From Antedon mediterranea (Eukaryota > Animalia > Echinodermata), in the NCBI RefSeq assembly GCF_964355755.1, contig NC_092672.1, positions 8,618,001 through 8,682,000 on the forward strand: 64,000 nt of DNA, given 5' to 3'. Position 1 is the first letter of the stretch; each line of letters begins with the position of its first letter. The translations under genes were made by a program, and so were the position numbers. Shown here piece by piece: positions 1 to 12,100 of this stretch. A model generated the notes under the pieces. The model was not told where the DNA came from. It was given only the letters and a program-made list of their open reading frames with translations, and did not search any database.

Positions 1-91
1 TTTAGTTTCTTAAGGTCTGGATGCTTAATTAATAATATTAGGATGAACATGATAATATTTAATAATATTAAAATTTGGAACAACTACTTAC

Positions 92-190
92 TTATACATT
101 CTTTTTCTGGGACATTTGCCATTGGATTGTTGATCTCATATATCTTGGCCAGCAGAACTTCAAGATGGTCTCCTTGGATTCCCATAGAAT
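92..190 (-). CDS. SAM gene exon (end of SAM2: DSMGIQGDHLEVLLAKIYEINNPMANVPEKECI)
   Basis: ttttag| ... |gtaagt, phase 1-1. Confidence 0.8.
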   Translation of the reverse strand: MLWESKETILKFCWPRYMRSTIQWQMSQKKNV

Positions 191-3100
191 CTAAAACATT
201 ACAGTATATTAAATATTACTACTACAGTTGAATGTGTATAGATCATAAGATCATACATCGTCATCTAGGTAATGCTAAGTAGCTGTAGGCCTATAGAAAA
301 CATTCATGTATGTATTTCCATGAATATAATGTATGTTTAATTGTTTACAATATAAACTAATAGATATACATTGCATCAGTTTCAGTTTATAAAGCACAAA
401 TAAAAACTCTATAAAATATCAATGAAAAGTATCCTAGTCTGGTTGCATTCATAATTTAAAATACTTGAATATTATTATCGACAGTATTTTTTAATTATTA
501 AACTGTCCATAATAATTTTGTTTACTTACCTAGCAACTGCATGTCGATATTCATCAAGTTCTTTCCAGTCACATGATTTGCTGAAATAAGAGCATAGCAT
601 TGACATTAGACTCAATGACTATACATACAACATTTAGAATCAATCAATCATATTGGGAATAGATGTTCTTCCTGATCTCTACTTACTATAATAACATTAT
701 GGTAAGCAAGCAAAGAATTGTATGTACCCTCTAGTTATTTCAATTGAATGTGACTTGTGAATCAAAATCAAATATTCTAGAAGTTTAATAACCAAAACAC
801 AAACATATACAGTAGAGTAAAATTTTTTTCTTTTTCTCAGATTCAGATTCGATTTATTAAGTCATTCATACTTAATATAATGATAATTGTTTTCTTGGCA
901 GAAAAATACAAGCAAAATACACACATAATATTTACATTCGTGATCAACTTGGAACAACAACTACTGATCATCTGCCTTATGACAATGTATGTACTTGCTT
1001 TTCTTCATTACTAATTTGTTTCCTTACATTTTTATTTTACCAAAAGAATAAGAATTAAAAGTTACATGGGTAAAGTCTATAAAGAGAGGGTTTGATCATT
1101 TCATCTTTTCATTTTGTATATATTTATATTGGCTCATATTTTATAGTTTAGTTATTTATTTTCAACCTGTTATTGGTGTTTTACACTGTTGGTTTGAAAT
1201 AAAGAATAAAGTAATAATAAAGAATTTAATGATTTTTAAGTGTGACTTTTTCCATTTATTAATTTTTGGAATTTCTTCTATGTCGTTACTATTTGTACCG
1301 CTATTCAAGTATAACATTTTTTTTACTTGACCGACAATTAGGTTGAACTGATTTATGTTTGATTCAATGAATCTTCTGGTAAAAGACAACTGTCGTATGA
1401 TATTTCTTCTACTTTAATTCCACGTCCTTTGTTTTAAAAAAAAAGAGCGGAAGACAATAAAAGCCTGTCAGGTGTCTTGTTAAACCTACAGGTAAAAGTT
1501 TAATCTAATTAATAATGTTTTCCGGAATTAAACAACGATGTAATTCCCACAGGACTTTGAAGTGACAATCACACACAGAAACAATTAAAACGCTTCAAAC
1601 AAAAGATTCTTTTATTGTATTTATGCAAGGTGGCGTGACGATGCAGCATTTAAAGCTTTAATGCAGAAACAAATCAAATAATATCTACAGATTAACCCAG
1701 AAATGGAAAGTACTTGAGACAGTTAAAGTGAAACTAATCGTAGTAATTATTTAACTACAGTTATGGTCATTAGTTTTAATGCTTTCCACTATCGTAGGAA
1801 AATATATTCTCGCGAATATGCTTGCATATTCATATTAAAATCTATTTTTGTCACAGGAAAAACTATGCAAACAAATCATAGCTCAGGAATGTATATTATT
1901 GGAAAACAAGCTTTTAAATATTATATATATTATTATTTAATCTGAATCTAATTTAATCTTCAAAGTTGTTGTCAAGAAAATAGAGGGGAAGGGTGGGAAG
2001 TGGGATGAGGGTATGATGGCTTAAAAATGATGCTTGACTTAACCTAATGTCACATCTTTTACATTTAAGGAATTTGGAGGGAAGGGGAAAGGACAGAAAT
2101 GGGTAGCTGGAGGGTCAACTTTAGAGGCCACCTTACACTTCCAAAACTACTATGTTGGAATGAACTTAAAGCTCTGTCTACACTATAACATTTTATGTGA
2201 CAAAACAAAATGTGATGTGCCCATATATGGATATGCTGATGTCATATCACTTCCATATTCCCAAACTAGTTTACCATATGGGCATGTAATCACACTTTTT
2301 TGTTTGATAGTGTAGACACCGCTTTAAATGTACCTTTAATACAATGAATATTTATTGGTGGGTTTTTCACATGCATTGTAGATGTGTGCGATTGCAGTTT
2401 CACAATTGTATAGACGACTTTCACTAGATGATAAGGAAAGAAGCAAGGGGTGATTGGATGATAATGATCTAAGCCTAGAATTGTTTAAAGGCTACAGGAA
2501 ACGCACAGAGGGATGTATGAGTCACTGGGTAAATAAAAGAATTCAATTTGATTTGATTTCATTGAGTCACTGTAGCTATAGTATATTTGCTACATACACA
2601 TTTGTAAAATTGACGTCACAAAAGAGACCTGTTTGAATTCCAGGTAAAAGAAGTAGATAAGTGGCACAGTACCTTTTAAGATGTCAATTCAGGGAGGTAT
2701 AAACTGTAAAAACAGACTAAAAACTAATTGTCATCCTCTGCGTCTACTCTGTGACTTCATTTTTGTAAGGTTTTCAAATTTGTTTTTTTTTTATAAATTT
2801 TTACACCTCCCTGGTCAATTAACGTCATTCATTTTCAAACAAAAGGATAAGGGGCATAATTGCATATAAAAGGATATTGTATTTATTTATTGTCCCCCTG
2901 AAAAAATAATTTTTAAAACATTTTTTGTTGAATATGTCATTTGAATGTCACATATTAGTTATCCACAAAAATAGGATCGAAAAAAAATGTATAATTAGCT
3001 GAAAAAACTGTAATTTAAAGCAAAATATAGTCAATTGGCTGCCAGTCAATGAATATTTGGTTTAATTTAACCATTTATGTTGTCATTTTATAAGTGAAAA

Positions 3101-6100
3101 TCATTTTTTTCCAGTTTGTTTTGTTTGGAAGTGATTAACTTTATTATAACTACAAAATAACCTATTCAAAGTCTGACCTAATTAATCTTCATTTTTTATG
3201 CTTTAAATTTAAAATAGTAAATTTTATGAAAACTGATGTACGTATGGTTTGTGCAATTCACCTGTATTATTTGCATTTGGGCGTGTAAAAATTTACATAA
3301 GATTAAATTACAAAAATCCTTATCAAATTAAATTAACAATATTATCACAATCATCGTTGAATTAGCAGTGGAATCCCACAGCTCACAAAAACAACAAAAA
3401 TAATACTTTAATTAATCACACATTATTCAAATTATTCATTCAAAGCTTACAATTATGTTTTAAGCTAAAGTTAATATAACGATAAGACAAGACGGGAAAC
3501 ATATAACACCTCTCCTTTCTTTTCCAAATGTCAACTTACATCCAATTACTCCACAATAACTATAGTTAACAATTGCAATTATAAATATTTACCTTTTACT
3601 TGTGGTACAAATTGCGCAAGGTTTATGGACTCCATCCAGAACTGGACATCAGTTTCGCTCCAATTAGTCATCTTTTTATGTCTCCATGAAGTGCTAACTG
3701 GTTTTAAAGACAACTGCTCGTAGAGACGCCCTGAATGAAAGCAAAACTCAAAGTTAGGTGTATGACGTTGCTTAGTTCGCACTTGTCTTTCAACAGATTT
3801 CAGAATGATGGGGAGCCTCGGAGAGAAGTTAACATTTTCAAAAGGAAAACTTAATTTCACTATAATTCCTTTATCTCATCTATAGTAGGTGTTAAGATAT
3901 TATAGACATTTTGTGTTCTCAAATAATGTTATCTAACATACATACAGAGTAACCACTAAAAAAAATAGGGTATGAATTTTAGTGCAATTATAAAAATGGT
4001 TCAAATCATTAATTAAATCTTTTTTATCAATTTGTCATAGAATTCAATTATGGTGACTTTGATAATAACTACCATGTCTCTTAAGCATATAACATTAGTC
4101 GACCTACAGTACAGAAGGCAACCAATTTAAACCACATCACTGGTCAAAATTCAATTATTGGCCCGATTAATAACGCCGATTTTAAGATTTGTGTATGCAA
4201 ATTATTGCATCACATACATAACATTTCTGTGAAAATATATTGGCAATTGGCTATCGAACTTGAACCAAAACCAAACGCTGTGTACTACAAAAAAAATGAC
4301 ATACCGTGGGGTGGAGAGGAAGGAGTCATAATGAACTTGATTTTAGTATTATCTTCTCCAAGATCAGGTAATGAGATGTCATCACCTGTATCCAAGTCTG
4401 ACATGCTCTCATCATCATTGGTGTCTTCTTCCTCCTCCTCTTCATATTCCTCATGATCGGATCCTCCTCGGTTACCATCAGATCCAAGAGACTAGAAAAA
4501 ATTACAAATTAGATTTTACTCCTTAAGGATAAGAATTTCCTTGGTTGGGAGTAGTAGAACACCATAGGAAACACCTTAGGCAGAAGACACCAAGGTCAAA
4601 ACCTGCAAACAAAGTGTTTCTTAATACTAATGGCTGTAATTTTAAAAATAGTTGTCCCTCATTCCTTTCACAGAAAAAAGTGTCATCTTAAATTGGAGAA
4701 AATGTGCCCATATGGATATGATGATGTCATATCACTACCATATTTAAACATAGCACTACCATATATGGGCAAATCAAATGTTTTGACACATAAAGTTTGA
4801 TAGTGCCTTAACTGTAAGTACGGTAATACAAATAATCAATTAAATAATAAAAAAAAGTTGTTTAAGGTCATTAGAAAAAAATGTCTTTGGCACATTCCAT
4901 TGTAAAATGACAAGATACTATTTACTAAAAAAACATTTTTAAAATACAAACCTCCTTTAAATCAGTCATGGTCTATTCAATTGAGGAAATAAGAAAAATT
5001 CCTGAATTTTAAAAACTCCTATGATCCTACACATATAAATCCAATAGATATTAGTATGTGGCCTCCTTCAACTAGGCCGACTCGGACAAGTGTTTGGTGC
5101 GACTCCAAAAATAAAATCACAACATAAACAGTGCTTGGTACTACCTCTGCTATATTGCTGTATAACAACAATATTTTAGCATTAAATTTTCAGTTTATAT
5201 AATTCAAAACAGCTGAAGGAAGTTTATCGTTGTTCTTGCACTGCCAACATTGATAAGCTATGTACGAGAAGTAGAATTATTTGTAGCAATTGGATGTGCT
5301 TACGTCACAGTATAAAAGATTTCAAAAAGATATTGGAAACAGGTGAATATGATGATAAGCATCATCATTTCTGGTCAAACACAAATAAGCTACAATACTT
5401 TTCAAGCGGATGAATAGCATGAATTTAACAGAAACTATTGTGTTATGCTTTTTTTTTTATTTCAAAGTTTATACAATTAGTAAAATAAATATTTCAAGGT
5501 TTGTGAAATTAGTCACAATAAAATAATTTTCAAATCTTCAAATTTTCAAAATCCTGACTGATGATATTATATCGGTTTAATCAATCGGCCAATTTAATAC
5601 TACTGTACGGTACAATATCTAGTTAATCGCTATAGATAGCCATCTTAGCCTTCTTAATTCCCGGTTAGCTACTGAAAAATTAGCTCAGTTCACAACACTA
5701 ATTTAAAGGTCTACATATCGCTCAATAGATCAAATGTCTACATATAAGTACCATGTAGTAGCCAAATGTCTAGATCAATACAATGTGGCGCACAAGCCCC
5801 AAAGGTCTACATGTGTACCAATGTATAGACCGCTGACAAGCCCAAAAGGTCTACATACCATGCACTAGCAAATAATACCGCTCACTATAGCCCAAAGGCC
5901 TAGTACATCAACCTGTCAATAGCCCTCAAGATGTTACACAGAACGAAATGGTTTATACAGAATCAAATAACAACTAGAATTTAATTCGTCACTTTGACGA
6001 ATTATAGGTGATCATTTTTATCATTTTAATGAAATTAATTTTTTTTAAACATGTACGTACGTTAACATACGATAGGAAAATGTTGATGTATGCCATCCTA

Positions 6101-9100
6101 TTATACGCTTATAGTGCTGAGTTATGCCTATTATATGCCATATACAATGTACAGTATATACTGTATATCTATATACAGTGTAGCATAGGTGAAATTATGG
6201 GACACACATCAAGTTCTAATTTTTTGGTATGATGCAATTATCAAAATAAACTCGAAGATGACAATTTCGAAAGATAATGAATTGAGCAAATAAATATAAG
6301 GATTGGAAGAGAATTTGACACGTAGAAGCGCAATGCGCGCTCTTTGAAATTTGTATAACTTCGACTAAAGAAATTTAAAAACTACTTTTTAACTTCAACT
6401 GGCCATATGATAACATCACAACATCCGATAGGCCTAATTTTTATATGAATTCATATCTACATTTCATCAGCTTTCATAATAAATTATAATCTTCAAGGTC
6501 ACCTTTAATTCTGAGGAGCTATAAGATATTCAAATGTATGGTGTAGCTGAAATTACACGACCTAGGTTATTCAAGTTTTTACGCGTGATGCCGTCATCAA
6601 ATTAAAATTTTGACAACTTATGAGAAAGATAATTAATTGAGCAAGCACATACTAAAATGTGTGCAAAAATCGGGGTCAAATAACGGAGATACGCTCTATT
6701 GAATGTGATAACCCACACAAAAAGATAATAATTACTAATTTTTAAATTCAAGTGGCCATTTGATGACGTCATACCATTTTGTACGTCTAATATGTATATA
6801 TATTTATATCTACAACTTATTGGCTTCCATAATAAGTTAAAAAAATTGGGGGTCACCTGCCATTCTGAAGAGTTATATTCATTTTAAAAAGGCCTTATTT
6901 TTTACCATTTTTAGCACTTTTGTACAATTAATGTGCGGATTTTGTCATTTTTAACGTGCTCGTATAGCGTTATTTAAGTCGGAATGGACTCAAAGTCGGA
7001 GAATGTACTAAGGATTGTGAGTAGAATATGATGTATACATCAAATTTTATTTTTTACCCTTTTTAAAAATCGCGTGCGCAAAAATGTGTTTTTGCGCAGT
7101 AATTTTTTTAAACACGCAAATGGCCTATTTCATGCTCTAAATTGATAAAAACTAAATTTTGAGCTTTTTAAAATTTCAACGCGCGATTTCACGCGCATGA
7201 CCTTGAAACGCCCAAGTTTTTATTTGCTAATATTTTTTACCTTGACCTCAAGTTTACGTGTAGTGATTTTCATTAATATGTGATAATGAATTATGGAGAT
7301 ATGATTGATTATGTGATTTCACAAAATGGCGTATACGTGACGTCACGGATGAGTGATCATGCTGAAAAGCTTATTAGGACTAAGTTAACGTATTTGAAAG
7401 ACATTGTGAAATTTTGGTAATCATTAACATTAAACTTTTTGAGATATTTGTTACACAAAATCTGTACAGAGAGAAATAAATAATAAGAATAAGAAGAATA
7501 AAGATTTCATACAATAACAATAGGTGATCATTTTATTCTAAATGATCACCTAATAAAGTAAATGTATTATGTCAAAAACCAAGTGATAATAATAATTCCT
7601 GACAGATAAGATGATGACAATGGCGTTTTTGATACGTAACAATGACAGGCTTGGTCAGTAGACTTATCTTATGATCAAGACAATTTCCGTTCGAAAGAAA
7701 TCACAATGACTAAAATTCCTGTCCTAATGATTATGATGGCTCGTAATTCTATGAAACAAGTTGCTTAGATAAAACAGTTGCTGAGGATATTCCACTAATA
7801 ATCTTGAGATCATGCTTGATAAACTTTAAAAACCATTTTGACATACCGAAATTTAGATTAAGGCAAGTCTTCAGAATTCAAGATTAATGTTTTATGACTG
7901 GTGAATAAAATGTCAATAACATTAATAATTTTTTTAGGATATTCAAAATCAATGTGTTTGGTTACTGTACATCTGCTTGAATAAAATGATAATAACATTA
8001 ACAATTTTTTTTGTGACATCCGAGATTGATGTATTCTGTTGCATCTGCTTGAATGGAATGATTATAATCCCATTAATAAGTTCTTTCCGATATCTAATAT
8101 TGATAAGTGTTTTGGCGCAACTGATCCAGCAGAAATGATTTAACAATATCATGTGAAAGTTGAAAACAAATCCTTGATGAAGAAGATGCAATGAGTTGCA
8201 AACAAAGAATAGGTGTTAAACTTAAAATAATGAAACAAAACAATCTTGACAGCTTAATATTAAACCGATATATGTTTCCAACATAGAGATGCCTGGTGAA
8301 ACTAAACAAATTTAGTTCAAATTGAATCATGCAATATTTACACCAAGAAGAAATGCATCATTATTCAATAAAAAAAAAGATGAACACTCGATATCATTCC
8401 AAACTGCTCAGAGCAAACAAAGGTTATGACCATTCAATGTGATACAATGCGAACTAAGGTTAAATACTAAATGAAAAAATAAGATTTGGTTCTAACTAAA
8501 GTCCTTGAAAGCGGATCAATAAACAATAAGCCACAGCGAAGGCATCACTTCACAGCGAATGTTTGTCTAAAATGTAAGAATCCGATCGAACACAATAGCA
8601 TGCTAATCTTAGTTTATTTAAACTGAAATCTCACCTTACAACGTCAAATCAAAAGTGTAAACAAACATTGTCTATTATTGATTGAGGAGTATTGTTAACA
8701 TTGTGATTTGTATAAGGTGTCGTGACGAAAGATATTTGCTTTCGATCATAACTTTCTTTGAGAAAGTGCTAGGTTTCTTACGAAGATATTTTCTTTCCAT
8801 TGTTGTAAGGTTTATATCTAAAAATCTGCAAGTGTACATCAACATTTGGACTGTAACCTAAGCAAAAATTTTTCCTTAAATCCATAATAGCCTGAAGCAC
8901 TTAACTATCTCGACTTTGCAAAAATGATTGTTATTGTCGAAGGTTTCATTTAGTTTATCAAATTTATGTCTACCGGTAAGCCAATGTATCCTAACTAAAG
9001 ATTCTTTAGAACACACTTTTAAGTACAAGAAATCATAAAAGGAACATATAATTCACATGTTTAAAGATCAGCAATTATCTGAATTGTTCACATACATTGA

Positions 9101-12100
9101 TGGAAAATCTTGTGCTTGTAGTCCCATAAGCATGCTTAACGTGCAAAGCTTCACTTTCCTGGGGCACGTTTTGTAACATGATTGACCTTGAATTTGACTG
9201 CTAGCTTTACTGTACATGTGTAAGAACTTTCAATTCATTAGATTATAATATTTGTTTTGGTTTTTTTTCATGCTTCTTTTATGGTTTTTCATGCTTCTTT
9301 ATGTTTTTTCGTGCTTCTTTTATGTTTTTTTTTCATGCTTTTTAAATTGTTTTTATGCTTCTTTTATGTTTCTTTTATGTTTTTTTTCATGCTTCTTTTA
9401 TGTTTTTTTTTCATGCTTCTTTTATATTTTTTTTTCATGCTTCTTTTATGTTCTTTTATGCTTCTTTATGTTTTTTATGCTTCTTTTATGTTTTTTTCAT
9501 GCTTCTTTTAGGTTTTTTTTCTTGCTTATTTAGTTTTTTTTCATGCTTCTTTTATGTTTTCTTTTCATGCTTCTTTTAGTTTTTTTTCATGCTTCTTTAC
9601 TGTTTTTTTTATGCTTCTTTTATGTTTTTTTCTCATGCTTTTTTTATGTTTTCATGCTTCATTTATGTTTTTTTTTCATGCTTCTTTATGATTTTTTTTG
9701 TTCATGCTTCTTTATATTTTTCATGCTTTTTTATGTTTTTTTCCAGGCTTTCCTGAATCAATATTTCTCATATAGGAATTGAGCCCTGTTTTAATTTTTA
9801 ATTTGGTTCTATATTTTTACTGTAGTAATATAATTATGTCAGTATCGTATTAATAGCTAACTGAAAGAACAGCGGTGAATGGTCTAATATTGGTCGAGAC
9901 ATGTGTTTTTGATTAGGAAAAGTTTAAGCTAGGGGCCCCTCGGTGAACTTGAGTTGAAATGAGTTGTAAGGAAACAAAATGATGGAAAGATTATATGATA
10001 AGAAGTTGTGATTCAGAAGGTAAAGGAAAGATCATGAGATAACAAGATCCAAAGTTTGAATCACAATCCTGCAGGAAATTCCCAATGGATTTAGTGATGG
10101 ACAAGAAAAAACAAATGCATGGTATGTTTTGGTGACTGCCATCTATAGTTGTTGAAAATTAAAACATTTAAGCAATATGACAATGTTCTTTCAATTTAAA
10201 AAATAGGTGATACTACCAACTCATAGTTGATAATAAGATCTACTGTGCAAGGTGTACTAATTAAAAAAAGTCATATATATTGTACATTTTATTAAAAAAT
10301 AACCTCTTGTTTTTGGTTGAATTTAACTATTTGTTTTGTGTTTTTATAAGCATTGTTCTGCGAAAGTGATCAACTTTATTAAAACTACAAAATGGCCTAT
10401 TCAAAATCTGATTTTAATCAACTTAATTTTTCATGTTTGTGGTAACAATTACATCTTGACATTTCTTGAATAAAATACCAATGAATTAACCAACATAACC
10501 TCTCATCTCAACTGAACCAATGATTTCTATAGCAACAAATATAGACACCTGGTTAAAAATGCACTGTGGTCTTAACAGTAAATGTAGCGTAGTTTGAGTA
10601 GAAGTTTTTTAATTCTTTTTTTTTTTAAAGAATAACTATTAAATACTGATATTGGGAAGGTCGAACGGCACCAAATTGCTAATACAACTTGCCCAGAATA
10701 TCCGTTGGTAATAGCAAGGATTAATCTGAAGGGGGTCCGGATCAATAGATTGATCTTTCCAAGTGCAAGGACTTAAACTTAATATCAACATTTAAATTTA
10801 ACCTTAATGATTGGCTGTGAATACTGTACATAGTGATACAACATGTGTCATCATAGACTGGTCTTTAAAGATCATGTACGAAAAATTAATTTTAGAAAAA
10901 AAGGTTAAACAGTCAGATGCGGAGAGGTGTCATCCTCTTCATGTACCTATTCCCAGGGTCTTGATAAAACCAGTATAGACACTGCTTAGTACATGAATCA
11001 TGTTAAACTTAATATGCCCTCAATAATATCATATTAGTAAACATGAGTAGATTATCAAAACAATAGACTATTTGCCTTTTTAAATCTAATATGTCACAGA
11101 CGATGAGTTGTAAGTTGTATTTTTTGCTATCACAGTTTATAAAGTATATAAAAGCACTCTCACTCACAAGGACAATCAAACGATATTGATCGAAATGTCT
11201 AGAAACTTTGCAGTTTCTTTTCAGAACTATCGCAAACTTTATATCATTATATTTAGACAGATTTGGATAAAAAAAAATAAAATCCAATAAAACAGTAAAA
11301 TGAAGTGGAAAAGGGTAAAAAAAATACTAAAAATTAATTAGTAAAGTAATGATTTTAATGACATAAATATCATATTTGAATCTATAATTTATAAAACTTT
11401 CTCACAACATGTGAAAATGTCAAAATCCGAGCTGTGACATTTAAAACTGAAAACTAAAGTCATTAATTAAAACGATACCAGATAAAAGTCTCGACGGATG
11501 TAACACACGGAAGATTGTTACTTCTGCCTGATCACACTTTTAATCCATTAGCATGTGTCTTTGAAAACGTAGTTTATTAAAACAAAACTTTCTTCTAGTT
11601 TATTGAGCATTATCGTTGTTACACAGCCTAAAAAGCGATTATAAAAGTAATTTACATGATTTATGTAATGATTGACATTCTATCAATCAACAGTTTTGGA
11701 GATCTTGTGGGTTAGAAAGGTTCTGATACGTCCTGGATTTGTGATTTGTAGCTTTTTACTAAATTAGAAAGCAGATAATGTGACCGAAATGTCACTGGTA
11801 ATTCTTGTTAATTAGAATGGAATAGAATTGTGTAAGGTTAAAAAAAACTAAAGAGATTAAGTGAAACTACTGTAAACTAAACTATTTGAACAAAGTGTAA
11901 AATATTCACTCGATTCTTAGTAACTATCTGGATGTCTCCAGTTTAAAGGAAAATTCCATAATACAGAATCAAATGTGTTTCACATCACCTTAATAGTATC
12001 ATAGACCATAACTTAACACTTACAGGCACCACATGCAATAAACATGATATGCTGTATTACCAAATGTTCCTACTGTATGACACTTTGCAAATATTGTTGC

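Noticed and set aside
7600-9200. Possible decayed coding sequence
   Set aside because: Multiple stops in all frames and no motif I can identify.
9252-9782. Four Phe/Leu/Cys-rich ORFs resembling membrane proteins
   Set aside because: Translations of the T-rich minisatellite, open in several frames.
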